Assembly: GCA_964016885.1 (NCBI GenBank)
Contig: OZ024746.1
Coordinates: forward strand, 34,100,001-34,164,000
DNA: 64,000 nucleotides
DNA from: Eledone cirrhosa
Taxonomy: Eukaryota
Direction of reading: 5' to 3'
Shown here: piece after piece, positions 55,861-64,000 of the stretch
How the letters are laid out: the number at the start of each line of letters is the position of its first letter
Position numbering within the stretch: the first letter of the stretch is position 1
Notes under the pieces: model-generated
Told to the model about the DNA's origin: nothing
Databases searched by the model: none
Seen by the model: only the letters and a program-made list of their open reading frames with translations
Program-made: the position numbers and the translations under genes

Positions 55861-56463
55861 AGCTATATATAAATCTCAATCTCCGTCTTATGCCGAAGCT
55901 TACAGCGTTATTGTTTAAGAAAAATATGATGAATTGTTATTTTTCGCTATTCATCATGATTTAAATTTCTGATGCTTGGAAATTCCCCAGTTTTCTCGCT
56001 TTTCATTAAAACAAATTTATGTTGCAAGCTTAGGACTTGGAGGCAGCATATTAAATGTTTCGGACTTCTTTCACAGCCCTTTCCTTAGAAACAATCTAAC
56101 AGGGAAATCCGTGAGATATAATTTTACTAGCCCATAATTTATGTATCCCCCCTATAGCAATGAATCGTATATTAGTCAGGTAAAGGCATTAATCAAAGGG
56201 GTTCTTTATTGATGTGAATGTGCCTAAATTGTGTATGAAGGTGTTTTGCAAGTGCCAGATGTTGAACGTTATTGATATTCCCATCATACGTGAAGTCGTT
56301 TGAATGTATCGAGGTAATATGTGAGTTTGTGAAGAATTTGAGGGAACAGTATAACTTTATATTCCATTGTGTTCTATGAACACCACATACAAGTGACAAC
56401 TGCACCACACACAAAACTACCTTTCTGCCTCTCTTTCACTCTCCGTTTCTCTCTCTCTCTCTC

Positions 56464-56524
<61 letters not shown>

Positions 56525-58146
56525 TTTATTCCAAATGTTACCTCTCTGTCTAACAGCTTATGGTAAAGAATTTTAAAGAATTTCTTTAAGCATTGCCTTT
56601 CTTTGAAATACTTCCGTAAACACTGGCGTTTATTCATGACACCCATACATTTACAGGATTAATAAATAAAATGGTATGCAATATATGTTATATTTTATCC
56701 AGTTCTTTCGGCAAAAAATGGTAAATAACGATAGAATGTGTACGGAAATTTTGTCGAATATAATCTTTTAAACTTATACGTGTTCCTTCGGAGTACTTGA
56801 GGCCATGTCTGTGCATGCTGAAATAAAAATGTATAATCACTTTAGTCATATTTAAATGCAACCCTAATTACTTTTGTCTATATCCCTATATTTAGCGTGA
56901 ATATGAAACATTTTTAGAGTTATACATATTCCAGCTAGAGACTGACTTATTTTTATTTTATAATGAATGAAATTGTCTCAGTTGCCGTTACATTTATCCG
57001 TAATCGAATAAAACTATGAGCTTTTGCATCGAGAATTCGCTTTTGCTGGAGAAAAGCAGTGAAATATTATCTAAGTACACTTTCTACGTTCTTCAATTTA
57101 TTTAACCGTCAAAATATTGAAGAGAAAGTATTAACTTTATTCTGGTAGTGTCATCTAAGTGCATTACACTTCATTCTCAAATCATAACCTTCTATGTATG
57201 CATGCGGACTTACGTACTCATATTTACACATTTATAGGTTTATATTCTAAAGAAACATAGAATCAGATGCCATATATTAGGGTACAGTTCCAATGTCGCT
57301 AATCGTTTAAACGGCATAGGGGACATTTATCATTATCCTTTTTTCCATTTTAATTTTTCATATGCACCCTACTATGTGAGAGGGTATATATGTGTAATTG
57401 TTTTCTAGTACACGATATTGATTGCCGTTGTTGAGAATATAGGAACAAATTCTTATATTTGAAATACACGTTTTTGAATTCATCGAATGACATCGTGTAA
57501 CAGGTTGAGCAATCTTGTGGACGCAACAGCTCTATTGTCGTTGTGTTGCTGGTGGTTGACATTACTCAGTTAGTGCTATAGTAGTTTTTCAATTTCCCTA
57601 AAATCAGTGCTAGTCATGGAAATCCCGTTTGAAACATTTCTATTTTCAAGTTTACCATATATCACATAAAATATTTCTGCTACTATTGCCACTAATGCCA
57701 TATGCTAACTTCAGGCGCTAAGTTGTACATTTGAGATATTATGTTGCTATTTCTAGCTGATGGACGTACGAGCAATTGCATATTATTGAATTGGCTTTGT
57801 AGGTGTGCATCGGTTTGAATATTTAGACAGTAGATTATGAACATAGTGATTAACTTGAAAATAGATATATACTGTCATTATGACATTAACGTTTGTTAAA
57901 ATTAGAGATTATATCATTTGATAAAACTAATTTCAAAATGGGATTGTTATATGTTCATTCAGAGATATTCAAAACTTCGTCGGGAATCGTCATAGATGAA
58001 AAAAGAAATTGATTGAGCAAACACAATTTATAACCGCTGATCCTTCCCTAATAAGAAGAAAGTTATTTTACATAGTTCCTGAATATTTCATAAGTTGTTA
58101 TATTCATTTAGTTGTTACCAATACGTGTATGTCCGGAGTACTGCTG

Positions 58147-58964
<818 letters not shown>

Positions 58965-59709
58965 TTATATATATATAAAAACAGAAGTACTGAAAATCTA
59001 TGTGTAAATAGGAACTGATTTTTGAGTTATTTGTATCCGTAGGTGAAAAGCAGGAGATAAAATAAAGCATTATCAAACAAAATATCAAATTTATCCAGTA
59101 AACCTCACACTGGCACGATCTGTGCTCTGTCTTGCAAATACTTGATATCTCTAAAATACCATTCCCGATCTAAACACCGAAACGTTAAGACCTTAATAGT
59201 TTGTTCGGAAACCCATAAGTCCAAATCGACAGAAGAAACCATTATAAAAATAAGCATAATCGAAATGAAGTAACATTACAATGTTGCACATAGTGTAATA
59301 TACTCTAATCTACTTATCAGAATGCACGAACTTAATATTTGTATTACTTATATTTATATCATTCTTATTCTTTTGTTTATATTTTAATATGAAGATATAT
59401 GTTGTATTTAATAATGTATAAATTATATTTGGAAACATATTTGTCTAAATAATATCCTGCTAAATATTTTATTAATATTCATAGTTGAATTTTATTTGGA
59501 AATCTATATTTAATTATAGCTTAACATAAAACATCTAACTATATAGATTTAAATATTTCAATATGTTGAATACGTTTAAATTTGAATAATAAACTGTATA
59601 AATAATGCCATTTAAATGAGAACATATGATTACAATGATCTATTTTAGAGGCTTCGTCGTAATATCAGAGGAAATATCTTGGTCATATCAAATCTGCAGA
59701 CGTACTTAC

Positions 59710-59894
59710 CACACGTGAGGCTATTTACCCCATACTTGGGGGCCGATGGCCGTTGAATCTGAGGAGTTCATCTGCCCTTTTAACAGCTTTTTCCGTGCTA
59801 CTAGGATGCTAATTCCACCAGAGTCGGGGCTGGGGAGCTGAACCAGTCGGTGGCTACTCGACCATTAATCATGTCCTACGGGAGTACATGTTTC
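59710..59894 (-). other. Candidate spliced exon, probably non-coding or UTR
   Basis: GC-rich 185-nt island bounded by tttttccgcctactacAG and GTAAGT on the minus strand; stops in all frames. Confidence 0.4.
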
Positions 59895-60713
59895 CTGTAG
59901 TAGGCGGAAAAATGACTTGAATAAAATGTAAATAATATTTGTATGCTCATCAATATAATGTTGCCTTGAATATTTAAATTTAAATTAGATTAACAATGTC
60001 TCTAAAACTATTAAGCAGTTTTCGAAGGAAAATTGTCAAACCAAATATATTTTCCATATTGTTTCCATTTCCAGTTTAGTTTGAGCACTGATAACTAAAA
60101 TTTCATCCCATAACTGAAATAAGTTGTGGTATGAAATCAAATCATTGAGATAATTCAGCAAATATCATTGCGTGTTATGGAACTGACAAAATGATTGCAA
60201 TTCAAAATAGTAATGCTATATTTACAAGGGATTACCTTTCAGCATGTTAATCAAATCTTAAATTCTGAAACCAATCCTGGATCAAAACAATCCTGACGGC
60301 TTTCCAAAATGTTACAGTAACTTTTTAGTTTTATTTTTACAATATTCTAGTGATACAAATCTTCGTGACATAAAGATTTTAATTATAAGACCTGATATAA
60401 AACTGAAACAGTGCTTCACTTATGAAATTACATATATTGGTAAAGAAACTCCTAATTAGTTACAAAATACATTTAACTGTACAAGTATCGATTGGTCGTA
60501 TATTAATATAATATATTATTTTCTATATACAAAGAACCCACCCAATGAAGAAATGTTATTCCAATGTTTATTGGCTTAATTTATTATGCAATTTTTTCGA
60601 TGTTTTTATTGCCATATCCCGTATATTAGCGACACAGAACGCTTTCTATTTCCCTGTTCCTATATATATATACATACATCCATACACACATACACACACG
60701 CACACATACACAC

Positions 60714-60749
<36 letters not shown>

Positions 60750-60961
60750 TAATATCCAGAAATATTATTGACTGCAGTTCTGTTTACATGCCAACACGAG
60801 AACAAGAATGAGGGGCTCATTCTACTGACATCGCTTTAAAAATGAGGCTTGTTTGCATAATTGCAAACGAATCGAATATTATTATTAATATTCGAAAAAT
60901 TCAGATTATATTTATTGTGTTTAGCGAAGTAGAGCGAATTATTTTTTAAAATAATAAAAAA

Positions 60962-61015
<54 letters not shown>

Positions 61016-61077
61016 AGATCCTGTTAAGGGTGAAAGCAGCGATTCTTTGCTTAAACTTTAATCTGTTATTTTAATAA

Positions 61078-61170
<93 letters not shown>

Positions 61171-62354
61171 GGTATGAATGAGACGTTGAATTTAATTGCA
61201 TTGTTTCTGCCTATACAGTTGTAACGAAAACTCATTATGCCAATATCGCGTACATCTCGTGTGTGAAACATTTCCTCCTTTGCCAAAGACGGAGACAGTA
61301 AAAAAAGCCTTTCATATCAAAGGAACGAAGTTATAATGATATTCTATATATATTTAGCCCTTCGTTCAAATATCAAGTAAAGCTTTCCGATATAATTATA
61401 CGTATACTACAAAGGAATCCAATTTTCTTCTGAGATAATTTTCAAGGAAAATATTTCCTTCAACCTGACCCATATTTTAAACTAATCGCTCGGTCATGCA
61501 ACAGTTACGTGTAGGTTAGGGATTATCACATGAAATATAATCACATTTAACAGAGTTACTAGTCAAGGCACTCCGATGCATTTTACATTGATGCAGAGAA
61601 TAGTTTTCCATTTATAACAACAAAAAATCATATACAGTGCATGAGAATAATAGATTCTGTACAAAAATATATCAAATCAAAAGTAACATATTCGCACTTT
61701 AGATCCAAATAAATTAGAAATAGAAAAATATACAAAATAACAAGTAACGGTTCCGTATATCTTCCTGTAAGACACCTAAATATATTGGGAATATTAATAG
61801 TAAAATGTGAACTAGGGAAAAATATTAACACTTAGAATAATATAGCTAATAATTTTAAAACATCCAATAAAACAAAAGTAATATCATATATATATATATA
61901 TATGTATGTATATATGTATATATATATATTTATTGCATGATATTTATTTCTGTTACATGGATATGTATAATCACTACATCAGATGCTCATACAATTGTTG
62001 GAGCAGGTATACAATTATGGGGATATGTCAATGTCATGTTTAACCGTCTTGTAGTGATGTCAGCAGATATATGAGTTTCTGAATATCGTTTCTTATTACA
62101 TTCTAGTATTAGACATATTTACCTTCTAGTATCGTTCAGTAAACAGCCGGGTGCATAAATGTATTTTCTTTATTTAGAATAAATATCTATGTTTACGTAT
62201 ATGTGTCTGCTCTATTTGTGTCTACCTGTGGGTGTGTTTGTGTGGGTGTATGTGTGTGCATGTGACTGTGTGTGTATGTGCGTGTATGTGTTTAGCAATG
62301 GCGATTTAATACCTTCCTGTTCAGGAACAGAGGGTCATGTTATAACATAATAAT

Positions 62355-62458
62355 TGTTTCTACTTTAGGCACAAGGCCAGCAATTATCCAGTGCATTAGT
62401 GGTACTTTATTTTATCGACCCCGTAAGGATGAAAGGCAAAGTCAACCTCGGCGGGATT
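62355..62458 (-). mobile_element. 5'-truncated SINE with 18-bp TSD
   Basis: TSD atgttataacataataat at 62337-62354 and 62459-62476. Confidence 0.92.
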
Positions 62459-62639
62459 ATGTTATAACATAATAATGACAGCAGCAACAGCAATAATAAT
62501 GATGACAATAAGTTCTTTAGCAAGGTGTAGAGTGTTGCAAATGCATGTGGGGGGGGGGGGGGGGTAACGTAGGTAGAGTCTATTCTGATCTGGTTTATAT
62601 TTTTGAATGATTCTATATATTTTTTTATATATTTGTGTT

Positions 62640-63050
62640 TGATATTTAGCATTATCTGGAGAACGTTATAGTGGGGGGTGGGGGATTGGGGGCTGGAATT
62701 TAAAGGAATTGTTCGTAGTACTCATGTCTAATTTGTTCATTTAGTGGCATGTGTGTTGTTGGTAGAGTTTCGTAATTATTGGCGGTGAATTGTCATTGAT
62801 TGTCAGGGTGATTTTGTGTGCCCAATTTGAAATGGTTGTTGAACATGTGAAATGATTTTTTATGAAAAATGTGTCCTGTTTTGCATTTTATACCGTGTCT
62901 TCAATTAGCAAATTCTACAATTAGGGTGACAAGACGTTTTGATTATTTTGGGCGATACTCTGTAATTTTGTGCCGGTGAGTATTTTTAAAAACTATTTTG
63001 GCTGTCGTTTGCTTTCCACAAGAATATCCCACTATGCAGCCAGGAACCAA
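62640..63050 (-). pseudogene. Very decayed PLE GIY-YIG-region remnant
   Basis: CRIC...IKNHFTCST-like peptides on the minus strand across frameshifts. Confidence 0.35.
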
Positions 63051-64000
63051 GAATGAAAGTAGCTCCCGGAACTCATAAAAAACTCATATTCAAAAGACAG
63101 CCAACATCGCTTAATAAGCTACTCACCCGTGCTAAATGATTCATTATTTTATTAAAGCAACACATGTTCATAATCAATCTACATATCATGCTGAATGTGT
63201 TAATATCATAAAAGTAAATTTCAAAATAGCAGACGAATTTAAATGTAATCTGCTGGTTTGTGAGGTAATGGTATTTTATTAGCAGCAATATAGCTTCAAG
63301 TAAAATAAATTTACCGACAGCATAGGTCATTTGAATAAGGTTATATATAAAATATGTCAAATTTTGAAAGCTACCACTTATCGTTTTTATTGATTTACGC
63401 AAGATTTAACCATAGTAATTTTATGGATGGGAAAGTGAAATTTAGAAGAAGTAGTATCTATTGTTTGATATCGAGTATTGAAAGGATTTCAATAGAAACA
63501 ATTATATTGTTAAATATGTAAAACTAAACTAGTGAAAATTATATGTGCTCTACATCATAATCTCTTTTAGTAATCGATTTTTACGAAACATTCTTCCGAA
63601 AATCATCTCATATGTGCGTACTATATATGGAAATAATATAATGAACGTCATGTGATCTAACAACAGAAGAAAGGCAAACTACTAAAACGACGTGATTTGA
63701 GAATTTGAGATTTTTACGACGTATGTGGATTTGTTTCATGGAAGCATTTTCATACACCGATGTAACAGAAGCAGAATTATCAATCAATATAGGGTAAGCA
63801 TAATCACATACACTTTTCAATTAAAAGTACAAAACAAAGAAACAAAATGAGTGAGGCAACAAATAAATTCTTGTAGTTGATCATCGCAGTTTTCATATCA
63901 AAATGGGGCATACAAATATTGGCACAAAAGTTTGAGAAACACTGATCTATGGTATATTGACTTTAAATTATGGGTATTGAACGTGGCCTAAACTGTACGA

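Overview
Eukaryotic, very AT-rich non-coding DNA saturated with (TA)n/(CA)n/(TATG)n microsatellites and decayed transposable elements. The microsatellite load and SINE family suggest an octopod/coleoid cephalopod (inference, not verifiable here). No intact host protein-coding gene is recognisable, and almost all ORF-track entries are microsatellite translations. Recognisable elements are: about 11 copies of a tRNA-headed SINE with a Meta-type core, one CORE-type SINE, an internally deleted mariner with ~100-bp TIRs, a near full-length RTE LINE whose 5' third is inverted (twin-priming geometry), a deleted Tx1/L1-type LINE, a CRE-type RLE 3' fragment, a possible LTR, and at least five Penelope-like element (PLE) remnants (Neptune-like and Naiad-like). 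The most informative hidden signal is RNA structure. Six sequences satisfy the minimal type-I hammerhead ribozyme (HHR) pattern with palindromic stem III (14046-14120, 15504-15575, 39030-39068, 42891-42987, 43202-43241, 47549-47591), and about eight more are decayed. One dispersed family carries a 62-66-nt covarying stem II insertion, a second conserved 3' structure and an upstream antisense copy of the ribozyme 5' half. Short-spacer inverted duplications centred on or next to (TA)n tracts recur across the window. A 200-N assembly gap lies at 46802-47001. All pairings were read by eye and none has been computed or tested.
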